Source: a virus
IMG/VR virus record: IMGVR_UViG_2751185825_000001
Reading direction: 5' to 3' (one strand)
Length of the DNA stretch: 64,000 nucleotides
Shown: positions 28,135 through 35,831 of the stretch, piece by piece
How the letters are laid out: every line of letters begins with the position of its first letter
Position numbering within the stretch: position 1 is the first letter of the stretch
Program-made: the position numbers and the translations under genes
The notes under the pieces: generated by a model
What the model saw: the letters and a program-made list of their open reading frames with translations, nothing else
Told to the model about the DNA's origin: nothing
The model's database searches: none

Positions 28135-28884
28135 ATGAAGGCACAAGAAATGAATGTTCCGGGTTACGAGAAGCTGGCCGAAGTTCTGCAGGCCGCATAC
28201 GAGCAGGCAGCGGGTGGCAAGGGCCATGAGCGTCACGCCAACGGACTGCCTTTCCATGAGCAGCCGATGCAGACGATCAACCGTGAGCAGGGGAGCATTG
28301 ACGGCTTCTTGTTCCAGGCGCGAAAGAAGGCGATCGAGGCTCGGGGGCTGCCGGCACCACGGGCACAAGCCGAGCTGCTGGGGGCGATCAACTACCTGGC
28401 TGGCGCAGTGATTGCGCTGGATACCTGGGGGGCTGGAACGTTGCCGGTCAAAGGAGAGCTGGCTGACAGTGCGCAGCCGATCGAACCGATTCGTGCACCC
28501 ACCGTGCCCGAGCTGGCCGACGCGCTCATGGAGGAGCATCCACATTCAGCCATTGCAGCAGTGGCTGCCACGACACTGGTTGTCCAAGCCTACGAACTCG
28601 AAAGTATCGGCGCAGGTGGTGTCCAGCCGTTGCGCTCCAAGCCCGATCTGGTGAGCCTGCCGGTGGTTGATCCGGAGTCCAAGCCTTGGTATCCAGATGA
28701 CAGAAATTGGATCGAGGTTCCAGAGGGGTGCGTGGCGTGCCCTGTAGATCATCCGGGCGTCATGGTGGATGTCTTGCTGAGAGAAGAGCGAGAGGAGCGC
28801 GATTGGTATTCGATGCGAGAAGCCGCAGAGAGTTGGTGGTGGGAGGATGTCGTCGCCTACACCACGGAGGTGCCGAATGCTTGA
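28135..28884 (+). CDS. Hypothetical phage protein
   Basis: QAAGGKGHERHANGLPF N-terminal region. Confidence 0.65.
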   Translation: MKAQEMNVPGYEKLAEVLQAAYEQAAGGKGHERHANGLPFHEQPMQTINREQGSIDGFLFQARKKAIEARGLPAPRAQAELLGAINYLAGAVIALDTWGAGTLPVKGELADSAQPIEPIRAPTVPELADALMEEHPHSAIAAVAATTLVVQAYELESIGAGGVQPLRSKPDLVSLPVVDPESKPWYPDDRNWIEVPEGCVACPVDHPGVMVDVLLREEREERDWYSMREAAESWWWEDVVAYTTEVPNA

Positions 28885-29110
28885 CTTCATCGGCGATCTG
28901 TTTGGGGCCGGCGAGCGTGAGGCACCTAGGCGTCCATCACGGCGCGCACAAGAAGAGGCGGTTGAGATGGCTCTCAGGGCTGGACTTGCGCCATGGCTTG
29001 CGGAATTCAAGGCGATGAAAGCCGAGAACGAAGCACTAAAGGCAGAGAACGCCCGGCTCTGGAACATGCTTGGGTTGAGGGAGGAAAAATGCCAGCAGAC
29101 CAAAGCCTGA
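28877..29110 (+). CDS. Hypothetical coiled-coil protein
   Basis: GGAGG RBS. Confidence 0.5.
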   Translation: MLDFIGDLFGAGEREAPRRPSRRAQEEAVEMALRAGLAPWLAEFKAMKAENEALKAENARLWNMLGLREEKCQQTKA

Positions 29111-29382
29111 GTGACGCGCCCTCCGCGCATCACTCCAACGCCGCTGACCCTTACCCTTGCCACGCCCGTGCCATCCCTCCTAGTGCGGCTTGGGCGATCT
29201 CGTACGGCTACTGCCGCACCAGCCTGGACGCGCTGCATGGTGCGACCGACCCACGTTGTCCCAAGGACTGCCAGCACAAGGCGCCTAGATCCGTGGTCAA
29301 GCAGTTCGACCTGATCTTTCATGAGCGCGGTGCGATGGCTGCAGCTGAGGCGGCGAGGAGGGCGAAGCATGGAAACGATTGA
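29089..29382 (+). CDS. Hypothetical Cys-containing phage protein
   Basis: GAGGAG RBS; lies between coupled genes. Confidence 0.45.
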   Translation: MPADQSLSDAPSAHHSNAADPYPCHARAIPPSAAWAISYGYCRTSLDALHGATDPRCPKDCQHKAPRSVVKQFDLIFHERGAMAAAEAARRAKHGND

Positions 29383-29806
29383 TGCTCGTCTGGTCAATCC
29401 AGCCCAGGCACACCAGGTCATTCAGGAAGCATGGCAACTGACCAAGGCGATGCTGATCGCGGGTCATCGCATGAAGCTCGTCCTCAAGGCCGAGACACGC
29501 AGCGACGCGCAGAACCGACTGCTACACGCGATGCTCAGCGAGATCTCCAAGCAGGTCGAGTGGGCGGGGGCCAAGCGAGACACAGACACATGGAAGCGTC
29601 TCCTCACCGCAGCCTGGTTGCGTACCAGGGGTGAGCAAGTCGAACTGCTGCCGGCGATTGACGGCCACGGCATTGACGTTGTTTTCAGGCGCACAAGCCA
29701 ACTCACGCGGGCAGAGTGCGCAGAGCTATCCGAGTTCGTCATGGCCTGGGCGGCTGACCATGGAGTGGTGCCCCAGGCGGGCAAGCAATGGGAGGACTAT
29801 CAGTGA
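29369..29806 (+). CDS. ninB: NinB/YbcN recombination protein
   Basis: RSDAQNRLLHAMLSEISKQVEW. Confidence 0.85.
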   Translation: METIDARLVNPAQAHQVIQEAWQLTKAMLIAGHRMKLVLKAETRSDAQNRLLHAMLSEISKQVEWAGAKRDTDTWKRLLTAAWLRTRGEQVELLPAIDGHGIDVVFRRTSQLTRAECAELSEFVMAWAADHGVVPQAGKQWEDYQ

Positions 29807-30021
29807 AGATCATCATCAAAGGACACGTCCCCTCAACAGTACTGCGGTTTCGCTGCACGCACTGCGGAACGGTGTTCGAGTGTGACAAAACGCAAGCCAC
29901 CTACGTGCCAGATCAGCGTGATGGCGATTACTGGCGCGTCATGTGTCCGCTGGAAGGGTGTGGTCGTGTTGCTTCGTTCCAATCCGATGACAAGTATCGG
30001 TTGCGGTGGGGTGCGATATGA
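29803..30021 (+). CDS. Zn-ribbon protein
   Basis: CTHCG and CPLEGC. Confidence 0.55.
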   Translation: MKIIIKGHVPSTVLRFRCTHCGTVFECDKTQATYVPDQRDGDYWRVMCPLEGCGRVASFQSDDKYRLRWGAI

Positions 30022-30548
30022 GAAAAATCCTGTTCCTAGACGTTGATGGCGTGCTGAACAGCGTCAAGTCATGCGCAGCGCTCGGCGGCTATCCGCACGA
30101 ACTCACCTCGCGTGAAGGCTTCGACTGGATTGCCATCAAGCTGCTCCAGCGGCTTTGCGATTCGTCCGGCGTTCAGATCGTCATGTCGAGCGCTTGGCGT
30201 GCCTGGAACAAGCCTGAGGACTTCGCCAAGGCATTCGATCTGCCTGTGATCGACTCGACACCTCGTCTGCACACCAAGCGAGGTGAAGAAATCCAGGCTT
30301 GGCTTGATGCCAACGACGACATTGAGGCCTACGTCATCTTGGACGACGACTCCGACATGCTCGACAGCCAGCAAGAGCGGTTCATCAAGACCAACGCCAA
30401 AGAGGGGCTGACCTGGACCGACTTCTCCAAGGTATGTGCTCTGTTCGGCGAGTCGCCATTCAGCGGGGCGGCGCGGGACCGGGAGTGGAAGGCGCGTGAG
30501 GATGCCCGCAAGCCAATTGCTATTTTGATCGGGGAGGGCGCTCAATGA
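30018..30548 (+). CDS. HAD-family phosphatase (Swiss-army-knife RNA-repair-like HAD)
   Basis: FLDVDGVLN, IVMSSAWR, RGEEI, YVILDD. Confidence 0.85.
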   Translation: MRKILFLDVDGVLNSVKSCAALGGYPHELTSREGFDWIAIKLLQRLCDSSGVQIVMSSAWRAWNKPEDFAKAFDLPVIDSTPRLHTKRGEEIQAWLDANDDIEAYVILDDDSDMLDSQQERFIKTNAKEGLTWTDFSKVCALFGESPFSGAARDREWKAREDARKPIAILIGEGAQ

Positions 30549-30663
30549 CTTTCATTTTGTGTCTACTTACATGGCCGATCGCGATGGGAAGCGACCGCAA
30601 CAAATCGGGGTCACTGGCGCTGGTTGCGTTTTTCGCAATGCTTTCTTCGTGTGGATCGCAGCC

Positions 30664-31209
30664 TTGAACCCATTCAATCCCAAGCCCAGATCCTGCAAAG
30701 CCTGCTCAAAGCCGTTCGTGCCCACAAAGCCCATGCAGGCTGTCTGCTCGCCCCGATGTGCCGTGAAGAAGGTGCGCCAGGACAAAGCGGAGGAGCGGGC
30801 GAAGGTCAAGACGCGCAAGGAGAAGGCGCTCACGCTGTCCCAGCGCCGCGCTCGAGCTCAAGTCCAAGTGAATGCATACGTAAGGTTGCGTGATGCCGAC
30901 CTGCCGTGCATCTCATGCGGTCGATTTCATGAGGGCCAATGGCATGCCGGCCACTACAGGAGCCGCGGCTCCGCTCTACATCTGTCCTTAGACCCTCGCA
31001 ATATCCACCGGCAGTGCGCTCCCTGCAATACCCACCTACACGGGAACGCAATCGGGTTCCGTGCCGGCCTGATCGCTCGATATGGTCAGCCCTTCGTGGA
31101 GGAGCTCGAGGCAGACAACACGCTGAGGCAGTACACCGCTGAGCAAATTGATGCCATCAAGGATGAGTACCGAGTGAAGACCAAGCAGTTGATGAAGGAG
31201 CGCGAGTGA
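30664..31209 (+). CDS. ninG: NinG/Rap Holliday-junction endonuclease
   Basis: RLRDADLPCISCG...HAGHYRS...NIHRQCAPCN. Confidence 0.9.
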   Translation: MNPFNPKPRSCKACSKPFVPTKPMQAVCSPRCAVKKVRQDKAEERAKVKTRKEKALTLSQRRARAQVQVNAYVRLRDADLPCISCGRFHEGQWHAGHYRSRGSALHLSLDPRNIHRQCAPCNTHLHGNAIGFRAGLIARYGQPFVEELEADNTLRQYTAEQIDAIKDEYRVKTKQLMKERE

Positions 31210-31595
31210 ACACGACGAAGGAAAAGCGGGCAGCAGTGGACTTCGGCAAGGTCCATGAATCGCATCGGGCCATCGACAAGCGCCTCACAAATTGGGCGAA
31301 GTGGTGCGGCCGGGATGTGGCCACGATTGGCACGTCACCCATGTTCCGGCTCATGCCCAGGGTCGGGCGGGCTGAGGCTGGCGTGCCTGTGGCGATTGAT
31401 GCCGACCAGGTAGATGCAACCCGGATTGCGGCAGGCGTCGCGAAGTTGCCCGAGCGCCACCGCCATGTGCTGAGCTGGTGCTACATCAAGCCCTCGTCTC
31501 CGGTCCGGATGGCGAAGGCATTGGGGCTTTCGACAGATGGCCTATGGACCCTGCTCACGGCGGCGCGGCAACTGCTGCTGAATCAGGGAGTGTGA
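31206..31595 (+). CDS. Late antiterminator, Q-like
   Basis: IDKRLTNWAKW; follows ninG and precedes the late promoter. Confidence 0.7.
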   Translation: MNTTKEKRAAVDFGKVHESHRAIDKRLTNWAKWCGRDVATIGTSPMFRLMPRVGRAEAGVPVAIDADQVDATRIAAGVAKLPERHRHVLSWCYIKPSSPVRMAKALGLSTDGLWTLLTAARQLLLNQGV

Positions 31596-31613
31596 GGGTT
31601 GAAATAAACAAAA

Positions 31614-31685
31614 ATGTTGCGTCATGACTCAAACGAGCTTGCAAAGGGGACCGAGAAGGCAGTGAAAAGCCAACTAGGTCTGTAA
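31614..31685 (+). pseudogene. hicA: HicA toxin C-terminal remnant
   Basis: MLRHDSNELAKGTEKAVKSQLGL resembles the HicA C-terminus; N-terminal half absent. Confidence 0.6.
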
Positions 31686-31732
31686 CCACTTAAAGGCCCT
31701 TCGGGGCCGCTTCACATGCTCACGGTAAAGAC

Positions 31733-32164
31733 ATGAAATTTTTTGATGAGTACCCGGCTCACTTCAGCCTGGAAGACGGCATTTATGTCGTGACGTTTCG
31801 TGATTGGCCAGCGGCGATCACGCAAGGCGACAGCAAAGAAGAAGCCAGGGAGATGGCAGCTGATGTCCTGGCGCTGGCGATGAATGAGGCCATTTCAAAA
31901 CGAGAGATGCCGCCTGAACCTTCCAAGCCGATCAAAGGCGAGGAGATGGTGAGGGTCGCATTTCTCGTCCGGGTGAAGCTGGATCTGATCGCCAAGATGC
32001 AAGAGCAGTTGGTACGGCCTGCTGACCTGGCTAAGTTGATTCATGTAAAGCCGCAAGAGATGACACGCGTTTTGAACCTGACGCATGCCACGAAGGTGGA
32101 TACATTGGACCGAGCCTTTGCAGCGCTTGGATGGAGTTTGCAGCACAGCCTCAAAAAGTGTTGA
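31733..32164 (+). CDS. hicB: HicB antitoxin with C-terminal HTH
   Basis: YVVTFRDWPAAITQGDSKEEAREMAADVL...PEPS. Confidence 0.88.
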   Translation: MKFFDEYPAHFSLEDGIYVVTFRDWPAAITQGDSKEEAREMAADVLALAMNEAISKREMPPEPSKPIKGEEMVRVAFLVRVKLDLIAKMQEQLVRPADLAKLIHVKPQEMTRVLNLTHATKVDTLDRAFAALGWSLQHSLKKC

Positions 32165-32190
32165 CACACGCTGCTGATTTGTGGCACACT
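32161..32190 (+). promoter_or_regulatory. Putative late promoter pR'
   Basis: TTGACA-N18-CACACT, followed ~130 nt later by a terminator. Confidence 0.5.
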
Positions 32191-32315
32191 CGCTGCCATC
32201 GGTTGAGCGAATACGCATAGAGACCTAGCCAGCTAGGAGCAGTGCGCTCTGAAGAAACCTCGGTTTCGGTGGCTGGCACTCAATCAACCCAACAGTTTCG
32301 GCTCCAACCCCCATA

Positions 32316-32352
32316 AAGCCCGGATGCTTCACCGCTCCGGGCTTTTTGCTTT
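32316..32352 (+). terminator. tR'-like intrinsic terminator
   Basis: AAAGCCCGGA...TCCGGGCTTTTTGCTTT. Confidence 0.75.
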
Positions 32353-32565
32353 GCTGAGGCCAATAGCCATGTGCAAGAAGTGTCGAAACATCATTCCAGC
32401 GGCCAAGGGCAAGCAGGCTCACAAGCCGGAGCAGAAGCAGCCCATTACGCAGGCGCCTTGGTTCCGTCGCTTCGGATGAAGTTACTTGTCTAAGTTTTGC
32501 TGCGGCGCAGGGAATCGCTATGAACTCCCTCCTGTCTCTGGCCCTGTTGCCGCAGCACCCCGATT

Positions 32566-32669
32566 TAGAGGGTGCCCGAGAGGATTAAGGGTGACTCGAT
32601 GCAAAAGGATCTGCGTGGCGCCGAGAGCCAATACGTCGGTCTGCCTGGGTTCGAATCCCAGCCCTCTAA
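32566..32669 (+). ncRNA. tRNA-like RNA with aberrant, enlarged anticodon domain
   Basis: TAGAGGG/CCCTCTA acceptor stem, class-II-like D arm, CTGGG-TTCGAAT-CCCAG T arm, no canonical anticodon arm. Confidence 0.65.
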
Positions 32670-32703
32670 TCCGTTCAGGGCTGAAACTGGTGAGGCACCC
32701 ATC

Positions 32704-32862
32704 ATGAAAACGCAACGTGGGTACATCGACTTGGACGGGCTGACTTCAGTCCTGGCAGTCTTGGCGGTGCTAGGTGTCTTCGGCCTGTTCTCGCTGTTCT
32801 ACTGGGCAATACCGGCCGCGTGGGCGTTGCTCAAGCCCTGGCTACACACGGTGACGGGTTGA
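32704..32862 (+). CDS. Small membrane protein
   Basis: GAGG RBS; MKTQRGYIDL then hydrophobic helix. Confidence 0.55.
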   Translation: MKTQRGYIDLDGLTSVLAVLAVLGVFGLFSLFYWAIPAAWALLKPWLHTVTG

Positions 32863-32865
32863 CCC

Positions 32866-33132
32866 ATGGCATCCAAGCAAGACGGCAAGATTCTGTTTGA
32901 CGGCGAACCCGCATCCGAGAAGCTAGCCATGAGCATCAGAAAGAAACTGGCCCTGTGGCTATGTCCAGAGTTGGGCGAGCAGTTGAACACTTGCCGAACC
33001 GCCTGGGCCAAGCACTACTTGGATGTGAGCGACTTCCTTGACCTGGGCGTCATGACCGATCAGGAGTGGGCCGAGGTGCGCGAAATGACGGTGATTGCTG
33101 ATCGCATCTACTTCGCAAGAGATGAAGCATGA
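32866..33132 (+). CDS. Hypothetical phage protein
   Basis: Co-directional ORF. Confidence 0.5.
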   Translation: MASKQDGKILFDGEPASEKLAMSIRKKLALWLCPELGEQLNTCRTAWAKHYLDVSDFLDLGVMTDQEWAEVREMTVIADRIYFARDEA

Positions 33133-33332
33133 CCCCTCGTGACCAGATCCAAGAGCATGCCCAGATCGCCGCCGCTAAGGTGCGCGAGGCGATGGCCGAG
33201 TTTCACAGGGCCACTGGCATGCGATCAAGCATCGATGTCCATTGGGTCGAGGTCCGATTGTTCGCATCGAAAGCGCCAAGGTATCTGCTGGAGGATGTCC
33301 GGCTGTGCATCCAAGACGAGGCCATGGGGTAG
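33129..33332 (+). CDS. Hypothetical phage protein
   Basis: ATGA overlap. Confidence 0.5.
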   Translation: MTPRDQIQEHAQIAAAKVREAMAEFHRATGMRSSIDVHWVEVRLFASKAPRYLLEDVRLCIQDEAMG

Positions 33333-33363
33333 CGATCATCCATCCGGGTAAAGCCCGGAGCCT

Positions 33364-33831
33364 TCATTGAAACGTCTCTAGGCCGAAAGCCGGTTCAACT
33401 CCCCTCAGTACCAAGCAGGGGCGTTTCGATGATGGTGTGTTTAGTTGGTATGTCCGCATGAACAGTAGCCGGTTCAACTCCGGCCACCATCAGCCCCCGC
33501 CCTAACACGGACCTGGGGTGTTGCGGGTGAAAACCCCGAAGTCCTGGGATTTCAAATCCTGGGCAGATCAATCACGACAAAGCGACAGCCCAAGTTTGAT
33601 TGGCAGCGGGGGGAAGCCCTGACAAGCTGCCGGGTGCAAGCCCCGGCGCCATCACGTATGCACCTTGACTGCTGGGGGTTTCCGGTGGATGCGCAACAGG
33701 GTGCAGCCGTGATGGTGAATGCGAAGGCTGATTCGCTAGCACTGGCGCCCGACTGCAGTTGGGTGATCCAGCAAGGTTTGCGGAAGAGCAATCCCACCCG
33801 CATGCCGGAGGTTCAGCGCCGGCCACCATCA
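33364..33831 (+). ncRNA. Cluster of four structured RNAs, three tRNA-like (acceptor stem plus T arm, no anticodon arm)
   Basis: Elements at 33364-33432, 33430-33492, 33597-33654, 33710-33831 (see findings). Confidence 0.6.
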
Positions 33832-33858
33832 ACCCAATGAGGCTCAGGCATGAGCTAC

Positions 33859-34188
33859 TCAGAAGTCCAGTTGACCAGGCGTGATCCCCAGGGCCGCAGC
33901 GATCTTCTCGCGCGAGGACTTGCGTAGATTTTGGCTTGCTTCGAGTTGGGCATAAGCCCCTTGGGTGATGCCCATGCGGCTGGCCACTTCGGCTTGAGTC
34001 AGTTCGAGATGGGTGCGCCAGGCTTTGGCAGGGCTCATCTCGCCGTCGAAAGCGAGACGTACAACGGCGTCTGGCACCAGTTCACCCGATTGCTCAAACG
34101 CCTTCAGGAATTCGTCATAGGGCACGACAACGAAGGCAGGGCGACCATCCGCCCCGAGGATGGTCTGAAAGTTAGTAGGTTTGTTCAT
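33859..34188 (-). CDS. HTH antitoxin (HigA-like)
   Basis: GRPAFVVVPYDEF plus LTQAEVASRMGITQGAYAQLE. Confidence 0.88.
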   Translation of the reverse strand: MNKPTNFQTILGADGRPAFVVVPYDEFLKAFEQSGELVPDAVVRLAFDGEMSPAKAWRTHLELTQAEVASRMGITQGAYAQLEASQNLRKSSREKIAAALGITPGQLDF

Positions 34189-34429
34189 CGCGCTTCTTCA
34201 CCTCTTCAATGGTGACGATGCGGACAGCACCGTCGAACTCAAAAAACACGCGGTAGTTACCAACGCGCAGACGGTAGCCAAACACATGGTTGGTCAGCTT
34301 CTTCACGTTGCGAGCCGTGCTCAGGTCTGACAGTTCGGTGGTCACTGCTTCGCGGATGGCTGCGCCGCTCTTGGCGGGTATCTTGCGCATCTGCTTCAGT
34401 GCTTTGGTCTGCCAGTTGATCGTGTTCAT
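34172..34429 (-). CDS. RelE/ParE-family toxin
   Basis: KALKQMRKI...YRLRVGNYRVFF...KRDEQTY. Confidence 0.9.
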   Translation of the reverse strand: MNTINWQTKALKQMRKIPAKSGAAIREAVTTELSDLSTARNVKKLTNHVFGYRLRVGNYRVFFEFDGAVRIVTIEEVKKRDEQTY

Positions 34430-34683
34430 GGGCTCAATTATACGATATACATTAGATAAAGCAAGTGAAATCTAATGAAATGTGATCTTCTTGTGCTTGG
34501 TGTCGTGCTCCTTCTGGGCATCGTTGTTGGGGCGCTAACAGCGAGACGCAAACGAGGGAGTGAACAGAGCTATCAAGTGCCCCCTTTTCGTCCACCATTG
34601 TGGAAGAACGACACCGTTCCATTCCCTAATGCTCCAACCCCTCCCGGAACGCTTTTGCTCAGGACACCCACGGAATAAACGAA

Positions 34684-34887
34684 ATGACGCAGCCGATATC
34701 GATTGAAGTCCAAGTACAGGACTGGCTCAAGGTCAATGGACACGACCTTACGCGGGCAAACGACATCCACGCAGCAGCCATGCGCCAGTATGCAAAGGAG
34801 CAGGTGATTGCCGAGATGGGCCGGCCCAAGGTGGTTGAGCCAGATCCGGTGGTCGAGGTCAAGGCCGAGCCCAAGGCGAAGAAGTGA
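34684..34887 (+). CDS. Hypothetical phage protein
   Basis: Coupled to HNH gene. Confidence 0.5.
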   Translation: MTQPISIEVQVQDWLKVNGHDLTRANDIHAAAMRQYAKEQVIAEMGRPKVVEPDPVVEVKAEPKAKK

Positions 34888-35198
34888 CGCTCAAGACGCT
34901 CCGCTCAACGCTACCGACCCTGACGAACAAGGTCCGGATACTGGACGTGAAGGCGGGTGCCACAGAGATGGAGCGCGGCTCTGGCTGGATGGCCAAGCGG
35001 GAGAGGGTGGCATTGCGACACGGCTACAGGTGCGCAGCGTGCGACAGGGTGCTCATGCCGGGGGCGTGGGAGTGTGATCACATCGTGCCCCGTGAGCAAG
35101 GCGGCAGCAATGCAGAGAGCAACCTACAGCCACTGTGTAAGGACCCATGCCACCGGGAGAAGTCGGCACGGGAGGCTCACCAGCGGGCAAAGGGGTGA
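34884..35198 (+). CDS. HNH endonuclease (terminase-associated, HK97 gp74-like)
   Basis: CAAC, DHIVP, N, CHREK; upstream of terS. Confidence 0.9.
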   Translation: MTLKTLRSTLPTLTNKVRILDVKAGATEMERGSGWMAKRERVALRHGYRCAACDRVLMPGAWECDHIVPREQGGSNAESNLQPLCKDPCHREKSAREAHQRAKG

Positions 35199-35349
35199 TG
35201 GGACTGGAATCCGATTCCACACCGAGGCCTCCAGAGAGGCATAGCGAGGCGAAGGGCGAGACGCAAGGTGGATGCCCAACGCGAGTGATTCAACGTGTCC
35301 TGAGTCCCCTGGACAAGCCTGGGAGGCATTGGGGCGAAGGGGTGGAGGC

Positions 35350-35410
35350 TAGGGGGTAAACCCGGTCATATACTCCCCCCTAGTACCCCCGGGGGGTGCG
35401 TAAAGTTTAG
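35350..35410. other. Probable cos region
   Basis: Non-coding gap between HNH and terS with ACCCCCGGGGGGT dyad. Confidence 0.45.
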
Positions 35411-35483
35411 GCAATTTTGGGTGGGAAACCGCCTGGTTACGCACGCGCAAAAAAATGGCCCCGAATTCAGCAGGAATCAGCAT

Positions 35484-35831
35484 ATGGCAGGAGTGAAAGG
35501 ACGCAGCGGCGGACCTCGGGCGAATTCAGGCGGCGCACGGCCAGGCGCGGGCAGGAAGCCCAAACCGAAAGCGGTGCCAGTGGTTATTGAGGCGCCAAAG
35601 GCAGAGGCCGACATGCTTGAGCTTCTGAAGCGGATAGCGCTCGGTCACGTTGACGCGACAACGATTCAAGTCAGGGCTGCAATTGCAGCGGTGCAGTACA
35701 CGCACCCCAAGCGGGGCGAGAGCACCGGCAAGAAGGAGGCCGCTGAAGCCAAAGCGAAGGCAGCCGGCGAAGGAAAGTTCGGACGACGCGAGCCGCCCCG
35801 GCTTGTGTCCAATGGAGGTAGCAAGGTTTGA
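35484..35831 (+). CDS. terS: Terminase small subunit
   Basis: GGARPGAGRKPK; overlaps terL start. Confidence 0.8.
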   Translation: MAGVKGRSGGPRANSGGARPGAGRKPKPKAVPVVIEAPKAEADMLELLKRIALGHVDATTIQVRAAIAAVQYTHPKRGESTGKKEAAEAKAKAAGEGKFGRREPPRLVSNGGSKV

